DNA of 64,000 nt from a bacterium. Its GTDB lineage: Bacteria > Electryoneota > JAOADG01. Below, piece after piece: positions 1-9,314 of the stretch. Made by a program: the position numbers and the translations under genes. The notes beneath the pieces are model-generated. The model saw nothing but the letters and a program-made list of their open reading frames with translations. It did not search any database and was not told where the DNA came from. Location of the stretch: the NCBI GenBank assembly GCA_963681965.1, contig OY820579.1:576001-640000 (forward strand), in the 5' to 3' direction. The first letter of the stretch is position 1, and each line of letters opens with the position of its first letter.

Positions 1-1
1 C

Positions 2-751
2 GATGTCAATTCGGCAAATGTCATCTCGAATAACATCAGTGCGGTGGCACAACAATTGAGCAATGAACGTCTGCAGCAGCGGTTTGGAAAAAAGATTACC
101 CCTCCCATCGAATTGCGCACACGGATCTGGTTCAATGAGGAGTTGAAGAGTCCAATTTTTATCGTACCGGGGCTGGTGGCGCTGTTTCTGGTGATGGTGT
201 GCGCGCTGCTAACCAGTGTCGCCATTGCCCGCGAGCGCGAGAACGGCACCCTCGAGCAGATTTTAACGACACCGGTGCATCCGGTGGAAGTGATTATTGG
301 TAAAGTATTGCCGTATCTAGCGATTGCCGTAATCGACGCGGTACTGACGGTTTCGGTGGGATATTTCGTTTTCGATGTACCGCTTCGCGGCAGTTTACTG
401 GCGCTGACAGCATACAGCACGATCTATTTGATTGTCGCATTGGGGATGGGTTTGCTGATCAGTGTATTTGTCAAGACGCAGCAATTGGCGCTGATGTTTG
501 CACTGATCCTGACACTATTACCGACACTGATGTTATCCGGTCTGATTTTTCCGACTTCATCAATGCCGTTTCCGCTGCAAATGCTCTCGAAGATTGTACC
601 GGCGACGTGGTTCATCCCGATTGTTCGCGGAATCATGTTGAAAGGGGAAATCTGGTTTCCGGTCGAGGGGAGTGTGTTGATCGGTATGGCAATATTATTG
701 CTGAGTGGCAGTGTTGCCGGATTTCGCAAGATCATTCGCGAAGGAATGTAA
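2..751 (+). CDS. ABC-2 type transporter permease (YbhS/YbhR-like), 5'-truncated by the window edge
   Basis: The frame is open from position 2. It contains WFNEELKS..VPGL and IARERENGTLEQILTTP, followed by six hydrophobic segments. Confidence 0.9.
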   Translation, partial: DVNSANVISNNISAVAQQLSNERLQQRFGKKITPPIELRTRIWFNEELKSPIFIVPGLVALFLVMVCALLTSVAIARERENGTLEQILTTPVHPVEVIIGKVLPYLAIAVIDAVLTVSVGYFVFDVPLRGSLLALTAYSTIYLIVALGMGLLISVFVKTQQLALMFALILTLLPTLMLSGLIFPTSSMPFPLQMLSKIVPATWFIPIVRGIMLKGEIWFPVEGSVLIGMAILLLSGSVAGFRKIIREGM

Positions 752-776
752 CGGTTCGAAACCGACTGAAGGGTGT

Positions 777-1901
777 ATGAGACAATTACTGTTTTTGTTG
801 CGCAAAGAATTCCAACAACTGCGTCGCGATCCGGCAATGATGCGGGTGCTGCTGGTGGCGCCATTGGTGCAGATGCTGGTTTTGTCGTATGCGATCAATA
901 CCGATTTGAAGGAAATGAAAGCGGTGATGGTCGATCTCGACCGGACACAAGCGAGTTCGCAATTCATAGCGAAATTTTTCGGCACGGATTATTTTCAGCG
1001 GGTACATCCGGAAGTTGGTACGTTCAGCGAAGCGACGACATTACTGGAGCACGGTAAAGCGGATCTGATTGTAACAATTCCGCGTGGATTTGCTGCCGAT
1101 AAATTGAAGAATGCGCAGATTGGATTGACGGTCGACGGTCAAAATTCCAATGTTGCGGGGCTGGGGAGTGGCTACGCCGCCCGATTGATTGCCGATATGA
1201 ACCTTACGCAGATGAAGGAGTGGAAACGGCAGGGACGACTGCCGGAAGGGACCGATGTCCAAATTCGTCCGGTGGTGCGGTTCTGGTTCAATCCCGAGTT
1301 GGAAAGCAAACATTTCATGGTGCCCGGAATTGTCGTGATGTTGATTTCGACGGTATCGGGTATGCTGGCGGGGATTGCTATCGTGAAGGAGAAGGAGATT
1401 GGAACGATCGAATTGCTGCTGGTGGCACCGTTGGAACGGTGGCAACTGGTTGCTGGAAAATTGCTGCCGTTCTTTATTCTATCGTTCGGTGCGATGAGTC
1501 TGGCGTTGGCGATCGGGATGATTTGGTTTGGCGTGCCATTTTCCGGATCGTCGTTGACTCTGATCGGCGGGGTATCGCTCTATCTGGTGGTGATGCTCTC
1601 GGTCGGACTGCTGGTTTCGACGATGTCGGCAACACAGATGCAGGCGATGTTTTCGGTCTGGTTCGTGTTGATCTTTGGGATTATGACCAGTGGATTCTTT
1701 TTTCCGATCGAGAATATGCCGAAGTGGTTGCAGTATATCACGATTCCGAATCCGATGCGATACATGATGGAAATTATGCGCTCGGTGCTGATCAAAGGAT
1801 CGTCGCTGGTCGATTTGAAACAACAATTTGCGATGCTGACCGGACTTGGAGCAATCGTGTTTGCGCTGGCGGTGACACGCTTTCAGAAACAGTTGGGGTG
1901 A
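777..1901 (+). CDS. ABC-2 type transporter permease (YbhR-like)
   Basis: ATG at 777 (MRQLLFLLRKEFQQLRRD). Motifs WFNPELES and KEKEIGTIELLLVAP; paralogous to the upstream permease. Confidence 0.9.
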   Translation: MRQLLFLLRKEFQQLRRDPAMMRVLLVAPLVQMLVLSYAINTDLKEMKAVMVDLDRTQASSQFIAKFFGTDYFQRVHPEVGTFSEATTLLEHGKADLIVTIPRGFAADKLKNAQIGLTVDGQNSNVAGLGSGYAARLIADMNLTQMKEWKRQGRLPEGTDVQIRPVVRFWFNPELESKHFMVPGIVVMLISTVSGMLAGIAIVKEKEIGTIELLLVAPLERWQLVAGKLLPFFILSFGAMSLALAIGMIWFGVPFSGSSLTLIGGVSLYLVVMLSVGLLVSTMSATQMQAMFSVWFVLIFGIMTSGFFFPIENMPKWLQYITIPNPMRYMMEIMRSVLIKGSSLVDLKQQFAMLTGLGAIVFALAVTRFQKQLG

Positions 1902-1914
1902 CGAGTTTCGCGTG

Positions 1915-1976
1915 CTTGGTGTTTGATTCTTGGTGTTCGGTTTTTGGTGTTCAGTTCCTGGTGCTCAGTGCATGGT
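1915..1976. repeat. Degenerate 14-bp tandem repeat, about 4.5 copies
   Basis: cttggtgtttgatt / cttggtgttcggtt / tttggtgttcagtt / cctggtgctcagtg / catggt. Confidence 0.6.
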
Positions 1977-2423
1977 AGCCCAAACCTCCGAACTCGCGTT
2001 CTTGCATTTTAGTAGGGGCGCCTCCCCGCGGGCGCACATTCTTTTATCATTTCATCTTTTCCCATCCCCCAACACCTATCCCCTACCACCCATTTTGTTG
2101 GTGGCGCAGGCCTCCGAGCCTGCGTTCTTGTATCTTTTTTTTAAAGTACTGCCCAACTCCGATTGGACGAATCCCTGCTTTTCCGTAGGTCAGAACTTGT
2201 TCTGACCACCGCTAGTATCCTGATTTGTCGTTGCGAGGAAGATGCGTAGCATATGACGTGGCAATCTTCTCTTGTGTAGCCGCAGGCTTTAGCCTGCGTT
2301 TTTTGAATCATGTTTTCTGTGGTAGCGGCGGACTTCAGTCCGCTTTTTTTTTATTTTTTCAGGAATGGCGGACTAAAGTCCGCCGCTACCAAAAATCGGG
2401 AGGGCTCACGAGCCATCCCCTAC
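1975..2423. repeat. Cluster of about 10 heterogeneous REP-like hairpins between convergent genes
   Basis: GTAG/GTGG/GTAC-led hairpins at 1975, 2012, 2101, 2146, 2185, 2276 and 2322; a GTCGTTGCGAGG..GACGTGGCAATCT half element at 2227; inverted copies at 2368-2389 and 2398-2423; T-rich spacers. Confidence 0.85.
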
Positions 2424-5400
2424 TTCAATAACACGATCTTCTGTGTCTTGCTGAACGTTCCCGCCTGCAATCGTACAAAATACGTTCCACTCGCTAATCG
2501 TGAACCGTCGAGCAATACCCGATACGTTCCGGGACGCTGCTCGCGCTGCACAAGTGTCGATACTTCGCGACCGGTGAGATCGTAGAGACAAAGCTCGACG
2601 TGAGATGAAATTGGAAGGGTGTAGGAAAGAGTAGTGGTGGCGTTGAAGGGATTCGGAAAAGCCTTAATGCTTGCGCTTTGCGGAAGAATCGTTAACTTTA
2701 CTTCATTTGCATCAGTCGATTCCGGCAAAGTAATAAACTTCACGATAAAGGCATCCCACCCGCCTTGATTCGTGCTATCGATTGCAGAACCGGTCACTGG
2801 GAAATTGGTACTATTCGTTCTGCCAACAATCGCTAATGTATCACTACCCACTAAAACCGAACCTTCACAATTATCGTAATTATTGCCACCGATAAATGTA
2901 CTGTACATTAGTGTATCCAAAGTACTGTTAAACTTCATGATGAAACCGTCAGTACCACCACCATTGTAGAGTGAATCGAAAGAGTTGATCGTGACAGGGA
3001 ATTCGGTGCTGACTGTTACGCCAGCTGAATAAACACAATGATTGAGTCGATTAAACTGAGCACTGGTTGAGTAGTCGGTCATGCTACCACCTATATATGT
3101 GCTTAAGAAAGATGATTCCGTCGATGTATAGGTCATGTGTCCGACGAAGGCATCACCTAATTCACCGCCATGATAGGTCGTGTCGTAACCATGAGGAGAT
3201 ACTCGAAAATCGGAACTACAAGTAATTCCAGAGATAAACCAACCACCGAGACCGTCATTTGATAGACCATAGATTCGATCGGTACAATTTCCACCGATAT
3301 AAGTACTATAGGCAAGGGATCTGCAATCGGTAGAAAACACTGTAAGGAAACAGTTTCCACCGCCACGCAACTGAGAACTATAGCAATTGGATGTTGTCGG
3401 AAGATTTGTACTAGCTGTCATCCCAGCAATCGCTACCCTTCCAGAGTCATCAAAATCAATTTTATATGCGATCGTTTGAGAATTTCCACCAAAATAAGAA
3501 CTGTAGATAAGGTTCGATCCAGTACTGTTAAGGTGAGTAAGAAATACATTGGTACTGTAAAATGGCAGAGTACTATAAGCATCGGAAGTACAGGGAAAAT
3601 TCAAACCCTCAGTGTACCCAGTTACGTAAGCACCACCGTTTGCATCGCTGATAACAGATTGAGCTTCTTGGAGAGCATTATTACTGCCGAGAAGGAAACT
3701 ATAGATGATTCGCGAACCGGATGCGTTGAGACGCATAATGTAACACTTATTATCATGGATCGGTTGTGTTCGATCGAAGGCAGTAGCTGAAACTGGAAAT
3801 CCTGCACCACCCGTCGAACCGCAGACAATTGTTCCACCGGTAGGATCGGCACAGATTCCAACAGCAAAATCATCACTATTTCCACCGAGATAGGTACTGA
3901 ACAGCAGTTGATTGTCTAACGAGTTGATTGAAGATACAAAAACATCCGTAGCGGAAAGTGTCGTATCGAAAGCTCCAGATGTTACCGGAAAATCGCTACT
4001 CTGCGTGTCGCCCGCGACAACGATATTTCCAGTTGTAGTTTTACAAATTACCATTCCTTCATCTGTACCACTTCCCCCCAAATACGTGGAATACACCAGC
4101 GGATCAATTCTGAGCGTCTGCGAGGCATCATATCCAATCGGTAAATCGATCGCGAAGACATTTCTCGTCTCGAGTCTGAACTGTGCTGCGACATCGTTTC
4201 CGCGAGCGCCATTCGAGGTGGTTTGGTAGGCGCCCGGAATTTTCATCCGCAATTCACCTAGGGAGGTCATGAGTGACAGTTCATTCGACAAGAGGGAGTC
4301 GGACACTCCTGTCCGACTCCCTTTTGTGACAGAAATATCTGAGTCGACGGACAAGAGTGTCCGTCCTCCGCCTGCGATCGGTGCTTCCAATCCTTCGCAC
4401 ACCATCTGGATTTGCTTCGGATCGGCACCGGGATGCGCGACGAAATCGAATTCGAGATGCCCCTTGCTCTCGTAAAATTCGACATCGATTCCCGCCCACA
4501 CCTCGCGATACACCACGCGTGTAAAATTGCGGCAATCCGGTGCCCACTTCGAAGAATCATTCCCGAGAAAATAGTTGTTGTGCCACGATAGTTCACCCTG
4601 TGCATCAATCCGCTTTGCTTGTGCGAAGGGTAGGTCGGAATTTATTCCGACTTCCTCTTGTGTCGAATATTTTTCTGTAGGGGCGTATGGCATTCGCCCT
4701 AATCTTGTATCTTGAATCCTGATTTTGTATTTGCGAGGAATGAACGAAGGAACGTGCGAAGCACTTCCGAAGTGGAATGACGAAGCAACCCCGAAGGGCT
4801 CACCGAAGGTAATCTCCTCCTGAGTCTTTGATTCATTTAAAGAGTAGATTGCTTCGTCACTTCGCTGCGGCTTTCCGCCTTCGGCGGACGATCCTTCGCT
4901 GCGTTCCTCGCAAAGACAAGTGAAAGCATCTTGATCGGATAGGGGCGTATGCGATTCGCCCCTACGGGAATCAACAAATCTAAATTTGAGCGCGTGAGAT
5001 TTTAAACGGGAATGATGGATACGACCATTGGGATCGAATCGTGCATCATTAACGGACACGGGCGGTTCGCGAACCGCCCCTACCAAAGAAGAAGGATCAA
5101 AAAATGTCAAGAGTGGATTGCCACGTCCGCCGCTTTGCGGCGTCCTCGCAATGACAGAATTAAATGCGGTGGGCGAACACGGGGGTCCGCCCCTACTGGA
5201 AAAAGGATCGACGGGCGGGCGCGGGGACCCGCCCCTACTTGAGTCAACAATTGAGGTGACGAGGGTGACACCATCGCGCTCAAGGAACCAGGTGAAACCG
5301 TCGCGGCGGACTTCGCACTTGTAGAGCACGGCACTATCCCACTGTCCCTTGTTCTCGGTGAATTGGAAGGGATGCGGCAAGCGCGACGATTGTACACTCA

Positions 5401-5476
5401 CCGCTAACGCGGAGTGCAACCACAAAACAAGCAGTAATAAAACAAAATAAACGGTTCGGGAAAGGTCTCGCGGCAT
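2420..5476 (-). CDS. Secreted SBBP-repeat beta-propeller protein with T9SS type A C-terminal sorting domain; N-terminal domain carries in-frame REP-derived insertions
   Basis: Signal peptide, FTENKGQW, NYFLGND, repeated YSTYLGGS..D / S.DFPVT units, and a C-terminus with AFPNPFN..YDLTGREV..LASGTYFVRLQ..QKIVLLK. Confidence 0.88.
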   Translation of the reverse strand: MPRDLSRTVYFVLLLLVLWLHSALAVSVQSSRLPHPFQFTENKGQWDSAVLYKCEVRRDGFTWFLERDGVTLVTSIVDSSRGGSPRPPVDPFSSRGGPPCSPTAFNSVIARTPQSGGRGNPLLTFFDPSSLVGAVREPPVSVNDARFDPNGRIHHSRLKSHALKFRFVDSRRGESHTPLSDQDAFTCLCEERSEGSSAEGGKPQRSDEAIYSLNESKTQEEITFGEPFGVASSFHFGSASHVPSFIPRKYKIRIQDTRLGRMPYAPTEKYSTQEEVGINSDLPFAQAKRIDAQGELSWHNNYFLGNDSSKWAPDCRNFTRVVYREVWAGIDVEFYESKGHLEFDFVAHPGADPKQIQMVCEGLEAPIAGGGRTLLSVDSDISVTKGSRTGVSDSLLSNELSLMTSLGELRMKIPGAYQTTSNGARGNDVAAQFRLETRNVFAIDLPIGYDASQTLRIDPLVYSTYLGGSGTDEGMVICKTTTGNIVVAGDTQSSDFPVTSGAFDTTLSATDVFVSSINSLDNQLLFSTYLGGNSDDFAVGICADPTGGTIVCGSTGGAGFPVSATAFDRTQPIHDNKCYIMRLNASGSRIIYSFLLGSNNALQEAQSVISDANGGAYVTGYTEGLNFPCTSDAYSTLPFYSTNVFLTHLNSTGSNLIYSSYFGGNSQTIAYKIDFDDSGRVAIAGMTASTNLPTTSNCYSSQLRGGGNCFLTVFSTDCRSLAYSTYIGGNCTDRIYGLSNDGLGGWFISGITCSSDFRVSPHGYDTTYHGGELGDAFVGHMTYTSTESSFLSTYIGGSMTDYSTSAQFNRLNHCVYSAGVTVSTEFPVTINSFDSLYNGGGTDGFIMKFNSTLDTLMYSTFIGGNNYDNCEGSVLVGSDTLAIVGRTNSTNFPVTGSAIDSTNQGGWDAFIVKFITLPESTDANEVKLTILPQSASIKAFPNPFNATTTLSYTLPISSHVELCLYDLTGREVSTLVQREQRPGTYRVLLDGSRLASGTYFVRLQAGTFSKTQKIVLLK
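4294..5238. repeat. Intragenic palindromic repeats in three blocks (4294-4369, 4630-4965, 5060-5238)
   Basis: REP hairpins at 4294-4321, 4347-4369, 4630-4651, 4677-4699, 4940-4965, 5060-5083, 5171-5196 and 5213-5238. TTGCGAGG..GACGAAGCAA..AGATTGCTTCGTC..CCTCGCAAAGAC element at 4727-4917 and a half element at 5115-5155. Confidence 0.88.
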
Positions 5477-5621
5477 CGCTGCACCTCTGGCATAAGGCAA
5501 GTAGGGATCTTAGAAAATAATATAATCAATATTCTTAAATATTCTGACTATTGTCCAACCCTCTTCAATCTTGCCGTGAGAACTATTGTATGTGGCGCAA
5601 AAATAAGTGATATATCGAGGT

Positions 5622-8567
5622 TTAATACTGTTTGTCGTCCAAAACGACACGCAGTTTTTCCGATAGACTTCGCATCGTAAACGGTTTCTGAATGAAGTAA
5701 ATAGTCTTATCGGACGTGGTTTGGTTCGGCAAGATCTCCGCCGAATATCCCGACATGAATAAGCATTTTATGGTTGGAAATTTTTCTTTGAGTGCCACCG
5801 TCATATCCCATCCGTTCATTTCGGGCATGACGACATCAGTAAGAACCAATTGGATTTCACCGGCGTACTCTTCCGCAAGTTTCAGCGCCTCAAGTGGCGA
5901 CAATGCTTTCAACAGAGTGTAACCTTGTCGTTCAAGCACCTTCGAGATCATTTTCAATACGGCAGTTTCATCTTCAACGAGTAAAATAATTTCGTTGCCA
6001 TAGATATCAAGAGTCTGTTCTTCGCTAACTGAAGCCGACCGCGTGGTTCCCTGAAATCGCGGCAAATAAATATTGAATGTCGTTCCCTGACCGATCTCAC
6101 TCTCAACCTCGATCATTCCGTTGTTCTGCCGGACAATACCATAGACCGTTGCCAATCCCAAACCAGTGCCCTTACCGGTCTCTTTGGTAGTAAAAAACGG
6201 TTCAAACAGTCGATCGATCGTTTCGCGATTCATTCCACAACCGGTATCGCGCACCACTAAGTGGATATATTCTCCAATTGGAAGACTCGAGTGCGCAGAG
6301 CCGGTTTCGGCAGTGACCGTCAAGTTGTGAGTTTCAATGGCGATTTTGCCGATATTCCCAATGGCATCGCGGGAATTGACACAGAGATTTGCCAGAATCT
6401 GATCAATCTGCGATGGATCCATTCGTACCGACCAAAGATTAGGGGCGGGCAGCCATTGCAAATCGATATCCTCACCAATCAATCGGCGCAGCATTTTGAG
6501 CATACCGTCGATCGTTTCGTTGAGATTGAGCACTTTTGGGATAACCGTCTGTTTGCGTGCAAAGGCTAGCAGTTGCCGGGTTAAATCGGCAGATCGCTGA
6601 GCACATTTCTGAATTTCTGCAAGATTCTCCAATACCGGTTTGTCATCGGCGGTATTTTGGATTGCCAGCTCCACATTCCCGAGAATTGCTTGAAGCATAT
6701 TATTGAAATCGTGTGCGACACCACCGGCGAGGCGTCCTACCGACTCCATTTTCTGCGCCTGTTGCAACTGAGCTTCCAGTTTCGCGCTTTCCTCTTCGGC
6801 ATGTTTCCGGTCGGAGATGTCGGTAATCGTACCGACGATTCGTAATGGTTTTCCTTCGGAATCGCGTTCAACAATTCGACCGCAATCGAGGATCCAAATC
6901 CAATCGCCGCTCTTCTTTCGCTTCCGATACTCCATCACAAACATCGGTGTTTCACCGCTCAAATGACGGTCCAGCCCTTCACGAACTTTCGCGACATCTT
7001 CCGGCATCATCGTTTGAGTCCATAACCGGTTGTTCGCGTCAACTTCGGCTTGCGAATAGCCCAATAATTTTAACCATCCCGGGCTGTAGTAATTCTGGTC
7101 GTTACTCAGATCCCAATCCCATAATCCGGTATTGGTGGCATCGAGCGCTAGCTGCATACGCTCTTCGTTCAATCGCAACGCTGCTTCGGCACGTTTCTTG
7201 GCAGTGATGTTTTTACCTTCACCCAGAACGGCAAACGGTTTACCTTGTTCGTCGCGGATCAGACTGAAAGTATTATCCGACCAATAGGTCGAGCCGTCTT
7301 TGCGGTAAAATTCCAATTCGATGGATCGGGAAAAATTGTAATTCGGATCCGCCATCGCTTTCTGCAGCTCTTCATGGTAGGCTTTGATCGCACGCTCGTA
7401 ACTCTCGGCAGTGATCTGCTTTTCCATGGGTAATTGCTGAATTTCTTCCAGTGTGTATCCGCGGACCCGCTCAATCGAGGGACTGATGTAAGTCGTGTAC
7501 CAATTCAAATCCATCAATGAGACGGTGTCGTTCATGTGATCGGCAAGAAACCGGTAGCGGGCTTCACTTGCTTTCAGTTCATTCTCGGTACGTTTCCAGT
7601 CGGTGATATCCATCGTGAATCCTGCCAGCAAGACGGGACTACCCGGACGGGAAATCGGAAATTTCGTGGTGATATACTGGCGACCGTTTAATTCTTCATA
7701 TAGTTCGATCGATTGTCTTTGAGCAATGATTTGTTTGTCGTCCTCGATCATCTTTTGGGCAAATTCGGTCGGGAACAGATCAAACATCGGTTTTCCCAGC
7801 AGGGTATTCAGTGGTCTACCGATCATGTTTTCGAAATTTCGACTAAGGAGCAGCGTTTTTAGATCCTGATCCTTGAAGAAGACATAAACGGGACAATGAT
7901 CCATGAAGAGTTGAAACAGATCTTCTTTTTCTTGTAGCGCCTGTTCACTTTTTTTAAGTGCGTTTGCAGTAATCTGTAAAGTATTAATGCGCTCTTCTTC
8001 GAGGAGTTTGAAATGTCGACGCAAAATCAGGATCAATACCCCTGCGATAACCACACATACTAGAATGGAATAGCCGGTGATAACTGAGCGCGAATCGTAG
8101 TGGGAAAATTGGAGTAAGAAAGTGCTCGAAATTGCTAACACGGCAATCACGATCGATGTGATTTGAGGCGAGAAGGCAATCGCAGTCACGATGATCGGGA
8201 TAATCGCGGTGGCTAATACCCCGATTTCCGCATTGGGGTCGGGCATAAATGGTGCAACGATCGGAACGAGTAAACACGTGACGATGTAAATCCACAATCC
8301 GGTAAGGTAGTTGCCAGTTCGCAAGAACCCGTATGCGAGCGCGACAAAAAGTAATCCAAAGCAGACAATCAAGAAATCCAGATCACCCAAAATCGACCGA
8401 TGTTCATACGTTACCCAAAGCACATCCAGTATTATCGCTGCGAGCGTCGCGAAACCAATATGCGCGAGCATCAAGGACTGAAATAGTCGAGCAGTCCGGT
8501 GTTGAACCTGATCGGTAATTCTGTGGTGTGGTCGGGTGGCGGTATCCCAAAATGCCGTTAAGTGCAT
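5622..8567 (-). CDS. Membrane-bound hybrid sensor histidine kinase (TM region, 3 PAS, HisKA, HATPase, receiver)
   Basis: H-box GRLAGGVAHDFNNML, G-boxes DTGCGM / FFTTK / GTGLGL, and a receiver domain with LLVEDE..TDVVMP..FIQKPF. Confidence 0.93.
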   Translation of the reverse strand: MHLTAFWDTATRPHHRITDQVQHRTARLFQSLMLAHIGFATLAAIILDVLWVTYEHRSILGDLDFLIVCFGLLFVALAYGFLRTGNYLTGLWIYIVTCLLVPIVAPFMPDPNAEIGVLATAIIPIIVTAIAFSPQITSIVIAVLAISSTFLLQFSHYDSRSVITGYSILVCVVIAGVLILILRRHFKLLEEERINTLQITANALKKSEQALQEKEDLFQLFMDHCPVYVFFKDQDLKTLLLSRNFENMIGRPLNTLLGKPMFDLFPTEFAQKMIEDDKQIIAQRQSIELYEELNGRQYITTKFPISRPGSPVLLAGFTMDITDWKRTENELKASEARYRFLADHMNDTVSLMDLNWYTTYISPSIERVRGYTLEEIQQLPMEKQITAESYERAIKAYHEELQKAMADPNYNFSRSIELEFYRKDGSTYWSDNTFSLIRDEQGKPFAVLGEGKNITAKKRAEAALRLNEERMQLALDATNTGLWDWDLSNDQNYYSPGWLKLLGYSQAEVDANNRLWTQTMMPEDVAKVREGLDRHLSGETPMFVMEYRKRKKSGDWIWILDCGRIVERDSEGKPLRIVGTITDISDRKHAEEESAKLEAQLQQAQKMESVGRLAGGVAHDFNNMLQAILGNVELAIQNTADDKPVLENLAEIQKCAQRSADLTRQLLAFARKQTVIPKVLNLNETIDGMLKMLRRLIGEDIDLQWLPAPNLWSVRMDPSQIDQILANLCVNSRDAIGNIGKIAIETHNLTVTAETGSAHSSLPIGEYIHLVVRDTGCGMNRETIDRLFEPFFTTKETGKGTGLGLATVYGIVRQNNGMIEVESEIGQGTTFNIYLPRFQGTTRSASVSEEQTLDIYGNEIILLVEDETAVLKMISKVLERQGYTLLKALSPLEALKLAEEYAGEIQLVLTDVVMPEMNGWDMTVALKEKFPTIKCLFMSGYSAEILPNQTTSDKTIYFIQKPFTMRSLSEKLRVVLDDKQY

Positions 8568-8839
8568 AACAGAAATAGTTTCCTTTGGGTCGCTGAATGG
8601 GATTCAATCATCGATACGAGAGGGTTACGCTTGCGCGAGGAAATGCCATCCCGATCAATTTAAGTTTTTTAAAGATACGGAAATTCTTCGCTTCTGACGA
8701 AAAAAAAATGAAATTAGTTAATTTTGTCTCGGAATTAGCGAGATACTTCCAAATTACCACTTATTTATAATCGTCACTCAAATAGAACAACGGTCACAAT
8801 TCGATTATCTGTAGGCTACTCAAGATGTTCTAAATAAAA

Positions 8840-8886
8840 TTGCCGGATTTGAAGTTTTATGTGTATATTTGTATATGCGCATATAC
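8840..8886 (+). promoter_or_regulatory. Putative ars promoter and ArsR operator
   Basis: TTGCCG (8840), an 18-bp spacer, then TATATT (8864) preceded by a TG motif. A perfect palindrome GTATATGCGCATATAC lies at 8871-8886. Confidence 0.6.
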
Positions 8887-8945
8887 TAACATAGAAACTC
8901 TAGATGGATTGCAATTCGGTTTGTTTTGGAGTGGGAAGACAGAAA

Positions 8946-9314
8946 ATGGACAATCTCGCGCAGTTATTTGGATTATTATCGGATCCGGTGCGGTTGAAGT
9001 TGTTGGGGTTACTCGCCGGTGGCGAGCGGTGTGTCTGTCAGTTGCACGAACCGCTCGGATTGCAGCAGAGTACCGCCAGCCGGCACTTAATGCTGTTGCG
9101 TACCGCCGGGGTTGTCACATCGCGTCGCGTCGGAACGTGGATGCATTACCGCATTGCACCGGAATTGTGGAAAGCGGAATGGAAAACTATTCTTCCCCAA
9201 GCTATCGAAACGGCAGCAAAACAGCTCCAAATGGTGACCCCGAAAATTATCTGTAGCGCTCCCAAAGCAATGAAACCAAGTAAAGAATCAAAATCGATAT
9301 TACCGGCATCATGA
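8946..9314 (+). CDS. arsR: ArsR/SmtB family metalloregulator
   Basis: LSDPVRLKLL..ERCVCQL..QSTASRHL..G.WMHY; first gene of the ars cluster. Confidence 0.9.
   Translation: MDNLAQLFGLLSDPVRLKLLGLLAGGERCVCQLHEPLGLQQSTASRHLMLLRTAGVVTSRRVGTWMHYRIAPELWKAEWKTILPQAIETAAKQLQMVTPKIICSAPKAMKPSKESKSILPAS

Noticed and set aside
1930-2591. Short ORFs across the first repeat cluster
   Set aside because: They are translations of REP hairpins and T tracts, with no RBS or family motifs.
4600-5240. Intein or self-splicing intron in the SBBP gene
   Set aside because: There is no intein C/S..HN junction motif, no homing endonuclease and no recognisable group I/II intron core. The inserts decompose into known repeat types.
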